From assembly GCA_951406725.2 (NCBI GenBank), contig OX597834.1, positions 28,086,001 to 28,150,000 on the forward strand: a DNA stretch of 64,000 nt, given 5' to 3'. The notes under the pieces were generated by a model. That model saw only the letters and a program-made list of their open reading frames with translations, searched no databases and was not told where the DNA came from. Shown piece by piece: positions 24,977-40,272 of the stretch; position 1 is the first letter of the stretch, and each line of letters begins with the position of its first letter. A program made the translations under genes and the position numbers. This DNA is from Octopus vulgaris (lineage: Eukaryota).

Positions 24977-27774
24977 TACATACATATATACATGCATGCA
25001 TGTATGCTTGCTTGCTTACATACGCACGCAGTACCAGGCAGTGCCCTTCATGGATTTTGATCTTAACTGATTGGAAGTGTTATCATGGACGTTGTTTTGT
25101 CTTGGTATAAAAGATGGGCTACAGCAAATATTCTGCTCAAGGCCACAGATTGGCTTGTCAGTTGTTTGACCTTAATCAGCTGAGCATGTCCCTTAGTGGC
25201 TGAGGATATGTGCATCTCTGACCACGAGCAGACGTAGTGGAGGAGCATCATAGCCGTGTGTTGAAAGGAATTCTTAGAGGTTTGGATAATTCACCTTTGG
25301 AAACATGGATGTTTCGTTCGACATCCTTAAACAACCTTTATTCAGGAACCTTTTGAGGGAGATTGGCTACTCGACTAGAAGAAAATTCTATCTGGGCCCC
25401 CACCTGCAAGGTCATGCGCTGTTTACCTTGATATGAGATCATTATGTCGCGCACATATGGTTGTGATGCATGTGCCAGGTGAACCCTCATGAAGCGGGTA
25501 GTCATGATCGGTACACTACTTTCCATTGCTACATATCAGTCATCAGATATGATTCTTTCTTTAGCTAAGAGAAATAAGTGTACCGAGGAAAGCATTATTC
25601 AATCTTTCGGTCATTAGACTGTGGCCATGCTGGGGCACAGCCTTCAAGAGCTTTTAGTCAAATCAACCGATCCCGGTACTGTTTTTTAAAGCCTGGTACT
25701 TATCTGTCGATTTCTTTTGTCGAACCACTAAGTTACAGGGACGTAAAAACATCAATACCGGTTCTCAAGTAAGGAGAGGGGTATCATGGGCCCAAAGACA
25801 CACATACACATATACGTCGGGCTTCTTTCAGTTTCCGTCTACCAAATCCACTCACAGGGCTTTGGTCAGCCCGAGGCTATAGTAGAAGGCACTTGCCCAA
25901 ATGCCATGCAGTGGGACTGAACCCGGAACCATGTGGTTAGGAAGGAAACTGCTTACCACAGAGCCACGCCTACGGTGTACTCTTTTACTTGTTTCAGTCA
26001 TTTGACTGCGGCCATGCTGGAGCACCGCCTTTAATCGAGCAACTCGACCCCAGGACTTATTCTTTGTAAGCCCAGTACTTATTCTATCAGTCTGTTTTGC
26101 TGAACCGCAAAGTGACGGGGACATAAACACAACAGCATCGGTTGTCAAGCAATGTTGGGGTGACAAACACAGACACACAAACATACACGCACACATATAT
26201 ATATACATATAAATACATACGACGGGCTTCTTTCAGTTTCCGTCTACCAAATCCACTCACAAGGCTTTGGTCGGTCCGAGGCTATAGTAGAAGACACTTG
26301 CCCAAGGTGCCACGCAGTGGGACTGAACCCGGAACCATGTCGTTGGTAACAAAGCTACTTACCACCACAGCCACTCCTGCGCCTTTTTTTTTTTTTTTTT
26401 TTTTCTCTGAAGCGATAGCATGTGATATGAGACTGGCTTATTTGGTTGAAGTTCTCTGATTAAAATCTCTGTTGTGCAGTTTACTTCGGTTACAAGGGGA
26501 AAAAACTGCACCAAGTAGATGTCTTCCAGGAACTACGAGATAAGAAGGGAGTGAACTCTGCATGATCTTACACCGTAATTATATTTCCAATGGTTTGCCA
26601 TCGCGGAAATATGACATCATATGTATTTTATCTTTATCTTGTTGCAATCATTAGATTGCAGCCATGCTGGAGCACCGCCCCACAGACTTTCAGTAGAACG
26701 AATCGACGACACTACTTTTACGGTCAGATACTTATTCTGTCGGTCTCTTTTGCGCAAACCGCTACATTACGAAGACACAAACACACACATACATATATTA
26801 CTCTCTTTTACTTGTTTCAGTCATTTGACTGCGGCCATGCTGGAGCACCGCCTTTATTCGAACAAATCGACCCCGGGACTTATTCTTTTGTAAGCCCAGT
26901 ACTTGTTCTATTGGTCTCTTTTGCCGAACCGCTAAGTAACGGGGACGTAAACACCACAGCATCGGTTGTTAAGCAATGCTAGGGGGATAAACACAGACAC
27001 ACACATGCATATATATATATACATATATACGACGGGCTTCTTTCAGTTTCCGTCTACCAAATCCACTCACAAGGCTTTGGTCGGCCCATATAATTTTTCT
27101 TTGCATTTAGATTTTATCCATGCTGGGATACCGCCTTGAATTTCTTTTTTAGTTGAATGAAACGACCATAGTATCTGAATGGTGTTTGGTGAGTACAGTG
27201 ATAACTCTGAACATATTCCAGTCTTATTAAACCTTGTCAGTGAAGTATAATCACCCCAATACTTACCAGAGTTTAGGTAACAAAGATATATAAACATTTT
27301 GAGTAGGAGTGGCTGTGTGGTAAGTTGCTTGTTTACCAACCACATGGTTCCCGGTTCAGTCCCACTGCGTGGCATCTTGGGCAAGTGGCTTCTACTATAG
27401 CCCCGGGCCGACCAAAGCCTTGTGAGTGGATTTGGTAGACAAAAACTCAAAGAAGCCCATTGTATATATATATATGTGTGTGTATGTGTGTGTTTGTGTT
27501 TGTCCCCCTAGCATTGCTTGACAACCGATGCTGGTGTGTTCATGTCCGTCACTTAGCAGTTTGGCAAAAGAGGCCGATAGAATAAGTACTGGGCTTACAA
27601 AGACTAAGTCCCGGGGTCAATTTGTTTGACTAAAGGCAGTGCTCCAGTATGGCTGCAGTCAAATGATTGAAACAAGTAAAAGAGTAAAAAAAGAGAGAGA
27701 ATATATATATGTATCTAACTATATGTATATATATGTATTAACATGAGTGTGTTTGTGTGTATATATATATATCA

Positions 27775-28072
27775 CATGATCACGTGACCGACCAGACCAT
27801 CAGATTTGTTACACATCGCTGGTCACAATGCGTTCGCATTGTTTTAGCCTTCGAATGATGCCACCCCGCTGGCTAAGCGAGCAGGCCAACAGAAGAAAGA
27901 GTGGGAGAAAGAGTGGTGAAAGAGTACAGCAAGGATCACCACCCCCTGCCGGAGCCTCGTGGAGCTTTTAGGTGTTTTCGCTCAATAAACACACACAACG
28001 CCCGGTCTGGGAATCGAAACCGCGATCCTGCGACCGCGAGTCCGCTGCCCTAACCACTAGGCCATTGCGCCT

Positions 28073-28075
<3 letters not shown>
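27775..28075 (-). mobile_element. tRNA-derived SINE (family A head, third tail type)
   Basis: Same head as 19892 joined to an unrelated 3' tail. Confidence 0.8.
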
Positions 28076-28136
<61 letters not shown>

Positions 28137-28421
28137 TCATATATAGAGAGACATGTGCCTGTGTATAGATGTGTGTGCTTGTGTGAGTATAATAGCAGAG
28201 TGTCAGTGTGTGTGAGAGACAGACAGAGAAATTATGAAGCAATGAAAACAACTCAGACGATTAGTTGAAGGTTTTAATGTAGAAAAATACAAGAGCTAAA
28301 TTTGAAGGGGAAAAAAAACAACATCCTCTTCATCATTTCACATAATCTTCACCATCTCTTTCGTCCTCATTTGAACACATAATAACAAAAAACGTTTCTT
28401 TTCTTCTTCATCTTCTTCTTG

Positions 28422-28477
<56 letters not shown>

Positions 28478-29999
28478 TATATATACATATATATATAACT
28501 CATTTTCTTTTCGTTAATTTTTTTTCTTTTTTATTTTTAGTTTGTCTCATTGGAACATGATTTTTTTTTTTTTTTTAAAGAGAAGATCGGTAAAACATTT
28601 GCAAAATTTGTAATTCTTCCTTCATTCCAGCCCCCAGATTCAAGAGTGAGTGTTCGGTTTTTCTTCATTTTATTTATATATATTCACTTTATTTTATTTT
28701 ATTTTATTTTATTTCGTGTTTTCGTGTGTTGTTTGCTTCCTTTTTGGAGAGATAGAGAGACAGATATGTGTGTGTGTATGTAAATCTATGAAATTTCACA
28801 CACATACACACACACACACACACACACATAAACGTGTGTGTATGGCTTTGTATATATAATATGTGGTTTTTGTCTAATTTATATATAAATATATATATAT
28901 AAATTAATATATATATATATACATATATTTATACATATATACATATATTTATTATATATATATATATATATTTATACATATATACATATATTTATATATA
29001 TATATATATTTATACATATATACATATATTTATATATATATATGTATATATAATATATATATATATGGGTAATCATATAATGATTTACTATTACAATGAT
29101 TTAATATTATAGGATATAAAATTCAACACGTGTGTGTGTGTATATATATATGTATATATATGATTTAAATAAAAGGTGAGAGTTACATTAAAGTTTCACT
29201 GTGCATTAACCCTGACCCCTAACTTCAAAATTGAAGGATCAAGGTGTCTTTGTTTTATAGTGTGTTCACAAAGAGGTTTGATCAATTTCATGGGATATTA
29301 AGGTATCTTTCGGGGATTAGGAAAGGGACACTATAGGGGCAAGTACATAAAAAAAAAATATAGAAAAACAAAGCCATTGCCTTTAATTCTACAAAAGAAA
29401 CGCAGGGTGAAACTTAATCAAGTAGCTGTCACTTTTTATGATCCATCATCGTATGAAAGGGGATCGATTTAGTTTTGTTTTTTTTTTTTGTTTTTTTTTT
29501 AACAAAAACCTTGTTTTAATGTTCTGACCGTTAATGGAATATGGTAAATTTGACCAAAATGACATAAAATCACAATTAAGGAGAAATATTCTAAATCTAA
29601 CATTGATTACAAGCAAAACTCCACTAAGGAGTTTATTAAGGATTAATAATAATAATAATAATATAATATAATATATATTTTTTCTTTGCGGAAAAAAAAA
29701 AAAATAGAATTATAAATGCAACTGAAATCAACATTTCTGATCGTCATAAAATGGTAGAGCAAGCAGCTTCATATTTTAATTTCGCATTCAACGATCCGTA
29801 AAACATAGAAAAATATTAGCTGTTCGGTCAAGAAATGTGTACGTGACCAACGTGGGTATTGGAGGAGGGTGTTCAAACATTGATTGTTAAGTGCATTTAT
29901 AAGAAATGTTCTAACTACGATGATGTTCTTGGACAATTCTGCTTCAATACTCGTTTAACAATATATGTTCATGTCATCATATAGAGTGCGGTATATGAA

Positions 30000-30040
<41 letters not shown>

Positions 30041-30270
30041 TATACAAACACATGTATATAGTGTGCGTATGAGCAACTATATATGCACGTGATTGTATAT
30101 ACAAGCATATATGTGTATACATGTGTATATATATTCATAATGTGTGTGTGTATATATATAATGTATGTTTATATATATATTCACAATACGTGCATGTGTA
30201 TGTGTATATATATATATATAATGCATTTATATATATAATCATGTGTATGATTATGTATATATAAACACAT

Positions 30271-30304
<34 letters not shown>

Positions 30305-30430
30305 TTATATATACATAATCATAATACGTGCATGTGTATGTATGTATGTATATATAAATATATACATATATATAATGTATGTTTATATATATATATATAT
30401 ATATATATATTCATAATACGTGCATTTGTA

Positions 30431-30478
<48 letters not shown>

Positions 30479-30983
30479 GTGTCATAATACAACCAGTATA
30501 TATTCTTGGCTAGACCATTCCACATCTAGTCTTGCATCATAATAGAACCTTTTAACCAAGAACAGAGAAGATATACTCAGAAAGAAAGGACGACGGGGAA
30601 TGGGGATGTGGGCAGTAAATTAGAAAGAATAGGCAAAAAAAAAAAAACCGAACCTAAAATTTGACCTCCGACCCAATAATTAATGAAGTCACCCCCTACC
30701 ACCACCACCACCACCACCACCATGAACAATTTAGAAAGTGAAGTGGATGGGGCAGTGGCTACTAAGTATCCATGCTTGAACTAGTTCCAGGTTCGTTATT
30801 GCTGTTGTTAATTAAGCCAACGTCAACCCCTCATCTCGCAACAGACCTTATCAATAATGACATGCCAGTCTGACCACCTCATTTGTTTTAATGATATCTA
30901 GCACATTTTTGTGACCCCATTTTTCTTAACGGAAAAATATATAGCGTAAAAGAAACAAAGACTCTATGTATGTGTGTGTATGT

Positions 30984-31015
<32 letters not shown>

Positions 31016-34000
31016 GATATGAGGGAAATTTGGCTGCTATTTCTAACAATTTTTAGTGACCATGTAACTGCTCCTTTGATGAGAAGAATTCATCTTAAGA
31101 TTTCAGGGTATTGTAGAAACCCCACCCAACCACCCTGATCTTCTGGTAGCTATGATATTGTGCAACACAGTGTTAAAATGAAACGACCATGCGCATACAA
31201 TAAAATAGCCCACAAGTACACAACACAAAACACCCTACAGAAGGGTTTGAACATCAAGAACAACCGATTAGCTGTTAAGCCAGCACTTTCTCCACACAAC
31301 CAACCGCTCGTCGAGGAGGAAAATAGTTCTAAAAAATGAAAATAGCAGAACTGAGAAAACAGTGATGAGCTATGGGGCAGGGTGAAGAATATATGTTCAT
31401 ACCTGAATCCAAGAATTACTTTGGATCTCAAAGAAAAAGGGTTTGCAAGCATTTGAAGCCTTGCACTCATAGAATTAGGGAAGGAGTGCCCAACAAAAAA
31501 GAGAAAAATGAAAAGAATTCCTAGTAACTTGATAAGATTTTTCTCAGAGACCCCAAGAACCATTGTTGGGGAATAGTAAATTTAAAGATTTCCACTAAGT
31601 GAAAGTAAGTTAGTGTTCCTTAAAGCGGGTAAAACCTTTCATGTAGAATAATAATAGTAATAATAATCTTTTGTACTATAGGGACAAGGCCTGAAATTTG
31701 TGGGGAGGGGATAAGTCGATTGCAAAGACCCTAGTGTTCAAATGGTGCTCATTTTATCAACCCTGAAAGGTTGAAAGGCAAAGTCGACCCCCGACAGGAT
31801 TTGAACTCAGAACATGAAGGCAGACAAAATGCCGCTAAACATTTTGCCTGGTGTGCTAATGATTCAGCCAGCTTGAACGGTTTCTGCTTTTGGCATAAGG
31901 CCAAAAATTTCTGAAGAGAAGAGATTCATTGATTACATCCACTCTAGTTATATGCCTGGTACTAAATTTTTATCGACCCCCGAAAGGAAGAAAAGGCAAA
32001 CTTGACCTCAGCAAGTCAGAAGAAATGTTGCTAAGCATTTTATCCGATGTGCTAAGTTCTACCATCTTAGTAATGATGATAATGGTTTCAAATTTTGGCA
32101 CAAGGCCAGAATCTTCATGGGGGAAGGGTGTTAGTCAATTATATCAGTCCCAGTACTTGACTGGTACTTTATTTCATTGACCTCGAAAGGATGAAAGGCA
32201 AAGTCAACCCTTGGCAGCATTTGAACTCAAGACATAGAGAACTGGAAGAAATGCTGCTAAGCATAGTCCCAGGCGCTAAAGATCCAACCAACTCACTGCC
32301 TTAATAATAATAATAATAATGATTCTTTAAGAATTTTCTAAAATAGGTGCCAGGCCAAAAACGAGGGGTGGAAGAAGAATCCATTATAATAATCTCAGTA
32401 CTGGACTGGTATTTTAATTTGTCACACACACATCACCAACCATGAGCGATGAAAGACAAAAGGTGACCTTGGCAAGACTTGAACTCAAGGAAGTAGAGAG
32501 CCAGAAACAAATACCACAAGGTATTTTGCTTGATGCACCACCAATCCTGCACAATTTTAATTTACTGCCTCCAAATAATCCTTTCTATTATAAGCAAAAG
32601 GCTTGAAATTGTTAGGGGAGGGGGCTAGTCAATTACATTGACGCCAGTACTCAACTGGTACTTATTTCATCAACCCAGAGAGGATGAAAGGCAGAGTCGA
32701 CCTCAGTAGAATTTGAACTCAGAACATAGAAACAGACGTTCTAAGCATTTCACAATAATAATTTCTAGCGTAACTAACTACAAGGCCACAAATTTGGGGC
32801 AGGGGTAGATACTTGATATTACTGACTCTCCCCAGTATATAACTGGTACATTATATTGTTGATTCCCTCACCACCACCACCATCAAGAAAGAATGAAAAC
32901 ACAAAGTCTACTTTAGGCTAAATTTGAACTCTGGTCCAAGAAGGGCCACACATTTGCAAAGGAAAGAAGATTGGGGTGTGGGGATGGGTCTAAAGATGCC
33001 TAGTAGGGATGTGTGTAGATGTGTATGTGAGGCAGGATATTAGCCCTTGAGGATTAGGGTTAGCGGGGAAAAGCAACAGCTCTGTATACCAGGCAGCATT
33101 CAGAGTACAAAGTAGAGTACAGAAAAACAGACGCACAGACCAACAGACCAAGGTGATAATTAACAACAGCCTTAATTACAAAATATCAAACATGAAAAAT
33201 AACCAATGATGTTATAACGACCGAATCAGAGATATAACAAAATGGAATAAAACAAAAACAAACAAGAACAACAGTAAACAAAAACAATCTATTCCCAGTA
33301 TTTAAAACAAAAATACTGCAAAACAAAGCAACAAATACTCCAGCAACATTTAAACAAAATAATAATAATATTAATAATAAATCCTCTGAAACCAAAATGT
33401 GTCGGATAGGACGGGAAATGATGATAAAGATGGGGTAAATTAACTGGGTTTTTTTATGAACCTATAACAACAACAGTAGAAGGAAAAAAAAATTTTTTAT
33501 CAAAAGTTATCCCACTATCTTCTCTCTGTCCTCCCCCATATCCATGTAATATAACTACATATGTATATATACATATTTCACCTAGGCATTGTAAGACTAC
33601 AAACTTAGTGTAGAACTCGATATACATATGCTTTAGAACAAAGTGTTAGTCAAGTACAGAGCGACACAGACACTCAACTATGAGTCCACTGCATTTATAG
33701 CAGAAACAACTGTAAGCTAATGAAGTTCATACGATCATCATTTATTCCTTTGTCATCTCTCTTTCTTATATATATATGAAAGAGAGAGGAAAAGATGAAA
33801 AACAGTGATTAAAATATCCATGCAGATATCAATAAAGCACTCAAGTTTTAAATGAATTAGATTTTTTAGTGTCTGATTGTTGGATATTTTTAATCCAAGT
33901 CAAATAAACATCATAAGGTAATTCCTCATTTAGAAGAATTTTGAGAAATTCAGAAAAAATACGTGTATATGGCTTTGTAAGGTGAGTTCTACAATTAAAG

Positions 34001-34451
34001 AAGCAATGCTTTTCAATACGTATTTTTGTTACACACACACACGTGTGATAGAGAGATAGATGTATTCATGTTTCAAGTCACACACTCAACTCCTAAATCT
34101 CCTGGACTGTTTTGTAGTTGAGGGCTTAAGTATGATCAGGAAGATTGTATCACAAAACCAGGGCTGGTCCTCAGGCTGGTTAATGTTAAAAGGGTCTTGT
34201 TGTCATCATTTGATAATTATAACTCATCTTCTAGAAACACGAGATGGTTTTTAATAAATCATGAAATTATATTGCATGGTACACGACACACTTGTATTTG
34301 TCCCTATATCATCATCATCATCATCATTTAGCATCCATTGTCCATGCTGGAATGGGTTGGATGGTTTGGCCACAGCTGGGGAGCTGCACCCGACTCCAGT
34401 CTGATTCAGCATCGTTTCTATGACTGGATGCCCTTCCTAACACCAATCACC

Positions 34452-34484
<33 letters not shown>

Positions 34485-34614
34485 CATATATATATATATA
34501 TATACATGTATGTACATATATATATATATACATGTATGTACATATATATATATATACATGTATGTACATATATATATATATACATGTATGTACATATATA
34601 TATATATACATGTA

Positions 34615-34656
<42 letters not shown>

Positions 34657-34667
34657 TATATACATAT

Positions 34668-34716
<49 letters not shown>

Positions 34717-34727
34717 TATATACATAT

Positions 34728-34768
<41 letters not shown>

Positions 34769-34779
34769 TATATACATAT

Positions 34780-34822
<43 letters not shown>

Positions 34823-34833
34823 TATATACATAT

Positions 34834-34876
<43 letters not shown>

Positions 34877-34931
34877 TATACACATATATATATACATATA
34901 TACATGTATATATATATATATATACATATAT

Positions 34932-34971
<40 letters not shown>

Positions 34972-35556
34972 GTACATACACACACACACAAACATGCATA
35001 GAGACTCTGATTTCTCTTGGATTCCCAACCAAATTTGAAATTCCACTTAAATACACTAGAATCGTACTTCAAACAACAGCAATAAGTTTGGTGGTGGTGG
35101 TGGTGGTGGTGGACTGTTCAACAAGCATAGAGTCGGGGATGGCTATCAATGCTTAAGTAAAATAGGAATGAGAAGCTACAAAAGAAACGGTAGCAAATTA
35201 AAACTGGAACCAAACGAAAACCAAAAAAAAGCCATCGGAGAATGCAGAATTTTTGCGTTGATACAACAGTATAAAAGAATAATAGGGTTGAGGCTGTTTT
35301 CTTGTGTTGAATAGAATCAAAAATAAAATAAACTTCCTCAAAATTATGTCTCGGAGCCCAATGAAATATATGCATATGATATATATGCATATGTGTGTAT
35401 ACATGAATGTATATATATATACATACATATATATATATATAGAAACACACATGTATATATAAAGACATATGTATACATATATGTTTGTGTGTGTGTGTGT
35501 GAGTGGTATATATATATATATGGAAGTATATATACGTATTCAATGTGTGTACATAC

Positions 35557-35604
<48 letters not shown>

Positions 35605-37048
35605 CACACACATGCATTTGTAAAAACGACTAACTAACACTTACAAAATTATGCTTTGGCTAAATGTCTTGAAAAACATAGCTGATAATGAGAGGGTGGT
35701 GAGTGGAGGTGATGGAAGCATATGCCTTTTTATGCAATCAAACATAGACACAATTATACATACATATATATATATATATAATTTTTGAATAGATCAGGGC
35801 TTTGAAATTCACAAAGGAAAAACAAGAGCTTCGGTAACAGAGTAGCCTCCCTTTAAATACTGCCGGACAGCAGTAAATCCTTATTTTATATATATATAAT
35901 ATATATATTTAAATAATAAGGGGGTGGTTCACTTAGTGGTCATACCCCTTATATGTATATATATATATATTTTTTTTTTCCGTTTAGTGTTTGTTTATTT
36001 TCAGTCTTTTTTTTTTCTCGGTTATTTTTGTATTTTTATTAAAAAAGAAAATCACAAATTTTCTTCACTCGCAGTTTCTACAAAACAACCTCCCCACCCA
36101 CCCGCCCAATTGTTTTGTTTTTGTATACATTATTGGATATTTGTTTTTGTTTTTTCACTTTTTATATTCTTTGAGTCAAAAAAAAAATCTTCCCTCCCCC
36201 ACCCTGTCAATCACAACAACAACAACAACACTAATAACCATTTCTTAAATAGGCACAATGCCATACGTGGATTTTAAGAGAATAAAGAGTATCATAGTTT
36301 ATTTATAATATTAACTGCGGTGCTTGGCCGATCCTTCATTTTATCGATTCCAGCACTCCACCAATTCTTCCAGTACAGCACCATGACAATAATAACTGTT
36401 TCTACAATAGGAAAGGAGGGGGGGCCCTAGTCAATTACATCAAACCTGATAGATTTGAACTCAAAGTCGGAAGAAATGTTGCTAAGCATTTTATCCGATG
36501 TGCCAAGTTCTACCATCTTAATGATGATGATGATGATGGTTTCAAATTTTGGCACAAGGCCAGAATCTTCATGGGGGAAGGGTGTTAATCAATTTACATC
36601 ATTCCCAATACTTAATTGGGACTTTATTTTATCAATCCCACAAAATGATGACAGTATTTTGCCCAGCGTGCTAATGATTTTGCCATCTCACCGCCTTAAT
36701 GGTTCTTCCTGTCAGCTCGACACCTCAATCAGTTGATTCTGTCAGCTCGACACCTCAATCAGTTGAGTTCAGCATAAAGATTGCCCCCAACTATAACCAT
36801 CCCTTGGTAGGGAAGAACAGCAAGGTGGGGGGAAGAGGTCAGTTGTTCTGCGAGGGTGAAAGCAGGTAGTGTAGTGGACAACACTGAGAAAGGATGAAAG
36901 ACAAGGTTTCTCCTTCACCAAACCCTCAGAAATATATTGAGTCTGACTTTTGAAGAGGAAAGTGAGGGTGAAAAGGGAAATGCAAGGGGAGGGTGCAGAG
37001 CTTCCAGTAAAATTGGCAAAAGGGGTCAGAGAGCGTGTAAAGTATAGA

Positions 37049-37407
37049 TTGGGTATGTGGAATTGATCTGAATATATACAGGTCTTGAAAGTAATTAGGG
37101 GATGTGAGAATGGGGACACTTGCTCTAGTACTTAGGGCACTCCAGTTCAGGAACTTAATTGTAGGGGGTAAAAGGTTTCTCTGAATGGCTCTGGGTAACT
37201 GTCTTCTTTTTAGGGAACATACGTACATTGGGTATGTGGAACTGATCTGAATATATACAGGTCTTGAAAGTAATTAGGGGATGTGAGAGTGGGGACACTT
37301 GCTCTAGTACTTAGGGCACTCCAGTTCAGGAACTTAAGTGTAGGGGGTAAAAGGTTTCTCTGAATGGCTCTGGGTGACTGTCTTCTTTTTAGGGAACATA
37401 CGTACAT
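37049..37407 (-). repeat. Tandem duplication of a 179-bp unit, probably a decayed LINE 3' end
   Basis: Two near-identical copies give the duplicate ORFs 36926-37228 and 37210-37407. Confidence 0.8.
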
Positions 37408-37689
37408 ACATCTGAGATGTTAAGTACACACACACACACAAGTTCACTCCATATCACATTGTCTATATTTCCTTTAAAACTTTTCTCCAACTAACAGCCC
37501 TGCAGCAACAAAAGAAATCATTATCACTGTTGTTGTTGTTGCCGTTGTTATAGTTACCAGAATAATTTCACGTCATTGATTTTGTTCTCTCTTTTAAAAA
37601 AGGGAAATTAAACGAAGACAATAAAATAGATACAAGCGAGGCTGAGCATAAATCTGTTCAAATTGCTTCCAGGTCTTGGTATGTGTATA

Positions 37690-37721
<32 letters not shown>

Positions 37722-37789
37722 CACCGGAGTAAACACATAAATGTGAAACAAGGTGGAAAAAAGAGTACTCAAATACCAGTGGTAGAGTA

Positions 37790-37974
37790 ATATGCTTTAT
37801 TTAAAGCAGCAGAAAATTCAACAAAACCTATTACTCCGAGTTTCCCCATTTCCGTTCGTCGGACAGTTTTTGCTAGCAAAAACTGGGATTTTTGCTAGCA
37901 AAAACTGTCCGACGAACGGAAACGGGAAACTCAGAGTAACAGGTTTTGTTGAATTTTCTGCTGCTTTAAATAAA

Positions 37975-37980
<6 letters not shown>
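37790..37980. mobile_element. Fold-back pLTR-like element with a hammerhead-like motif in each arm (37905-37942 +, 37828-37866 -)
   Basis: ~90-bp inverted arms; CUGU CCGACGA ... GAAAC UCAGA GUA ACAG; stem II is poorly paired. Confidence 0.55.
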
Positions 37981-38016
<36 letters not shown>

Positions 38017-38093
38017 ATAAATATTAGGGAATGAATCCAAAATTACAGGGAAAAATCAGATTTAGGGTTGAATCCAATTTTATAGTAAAATAT

Positions 38094-38269
38094 TATATAA
38101 TATAATTCGAAACAAAACCACTATTTTAAAACCAAACAAGGAAAGACTTAATCAATACATAAAATTTTAATATAAATTAAATAAAATAATTATTTAATTT
38201 ATATTAAAATTTTATGTATTGATTAAGTCTTTCCTTGTTTGGTTTTAAAATAGTGGTTTTGTCTCGAAT

Positions 38270-38280
<11 letters not shown>
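38094..38280. repeat. AT-rich near-perfect palindrome (~90-bp arms) between (TA)n tracts
   Basis: aattcgaaacaaaaccactattttaaaacc... mirrored as ...ggttttaaaatagtggttttgtctcgaatt. Confidence 0.85.
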
Positions 38281-38310
<30 letters not shown>

Positions 38311-38338
38311 CACAAATAATAATATGCATGCATGTGTT

Positions 38339-38392
<54 letters not shown>

Positions 38393-38423
38393 CACAAATA
38401 ATAATATGCATGCATGTGTTGGC

Positions 38424-38454
<31 letters not shown>

Positions 38455-40000
38455 CACAAATAATAATATGCATGCATGTGTTGGCTGCACAATGTGTGTG
38501 TGTGTTTGTGTGTGAAACAGTTTTAAGAAAACATATTTGCTATGCAGTAAGTCTTCAAGAAGTTCTTTTGCCTGCGCATTGCCCATCACTCACCATTTCC
38601 TGGTGTGGTTTCCTTCTTCTCCGAAGTCAATACCCAGTGGGTAACATGAGGGTGAAGGGAGGGAAAGGGAAAGAAGGACAGGGCTGGGATCCTGCACTCA
38701 ACACACACACACACACACACACACACAAAGAATCTTTTTTTCTTTGCAGAAAAGAAACTAAACACATAACAACAACAACAACAACAAGAAGATGTTGCAA
38801 CACAGCACCTCACTCCTAGACCCAAACACCAAAGAGAGGGCTTGAAACCAGAATTCTATTTTTGTTTTTGTTTTTTTCTTCTTCCTGGTGCGGTAGGGAG
38901 TGGGAGAGGACTGCTGGAGTAAACAGGAAGAACCGATTCTTAACGAATCTACCCAACCCTCCAATCTTGACCAGTAACTGTTTTTTTAGTTGGTTTTATT
39001 TTTTTTTGGTTTTTTTTTTTATCACAAATGAAATGACTATTTCTAAGACATGCACAAGAGACACTCCGCCCAACCCAAATAATTTTGTGGGGTGAGAGGG
39101 AACGGTCAACAGTCAATCATGTACATTCAAGATTTTTTTTTTTTCGGTCTTTCTACCTTTCTTTTAAGCTTTCAAGCCCACCCCACCCCACCTCTGAAAG
39201 GATGAAAGGCCAAAAAAAAAAAAAAAAAATTAACCACTGCTTCACATTCACAGGGATTTGAACTCCACACATAGAGGATCGTAACTAAATACAAGCATTT
39301 AGTTCAAAGCTCTACATCAATTCTGCTCAATCCACATTTCCCTACTAAAAAAACTAATAACCCTTTCTACTTATAGACACAAGGCCTGAAATTTGGGGGA
39401 GGGGGATAATTGTTTACATCAACCCCAGGATTTAACTGGTACTTAATTTATCAACCTCAAAAGGATAAAAGGCAAAGTCCACCTTGGCAGAATTTGAACT
39501 TAGAACGGACGAAATACTGCTAAGCATTTTGTCCAGCGTGCTAACAATTCTGCCAGCTTGCCACCTTAATAATAATAATAATAATAATAATAATGGCATC
39601 TGATTCAGGCACAAGCCCAGAAAAATTTTAGGGGGAGAGGCATGTCGATCCCACTGATTCCAGTACATCAATCATTGACCCCAAAACGATGAAAGGCAAA
39701 ACTGACCTCAGTAGTATTTGAACTCAGAACGTGAAGAACCAGAACAAATATTGGTTTCTAATTTTGGCACAAGGCCAGTAATTTCGGGGGGAAGGAGAGG
39801 CAAGTCGATTACATTGACCCAAGTGCTTAACTGGTACTTACGCCATTGACCACCCCCAGAAGGATGAAAGGCAAAGTCGACCTTAACCTGGATGAAATGA
39901 CACTCAGCATTTTGCCCCAGCATGTTAACCATCCTACCAGCTCACCACCTTATCCAGAACAAATATTACAAACCATTTTGTCCAGCTCACTAATAATAAC

Positions 40001-40042
<42 letters not shown>

Positions 40043-40239
40043 CCTTACTACTATAGGCTCAAGGCCTGAAATTTGTGGAGAGGGGTTAAGTCAATTACAT
40101 CAACCCCAGTGCATAACTGGTACTTATTTCATTGACCTCCCAAATGGATGAAAGGCTAAGTTGACCACAGGATGTAAAACCAGAAGAAATGCATGTAAGC
40201 ATTTTATCTGGTGTCCTAACGAATCTGCCAACTCACCAC

Positions 40240-40272
<33 letters not shown>

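Noticed and set aside
38270-38485. Repeat-spacer pattern resembling a CRISPR array
   Set aside because: Three copies of a ~35-bp unit separated by variable (TA)n in eukaryotic DNA, i.e. a minisatellite with no unique spacers or cas genes
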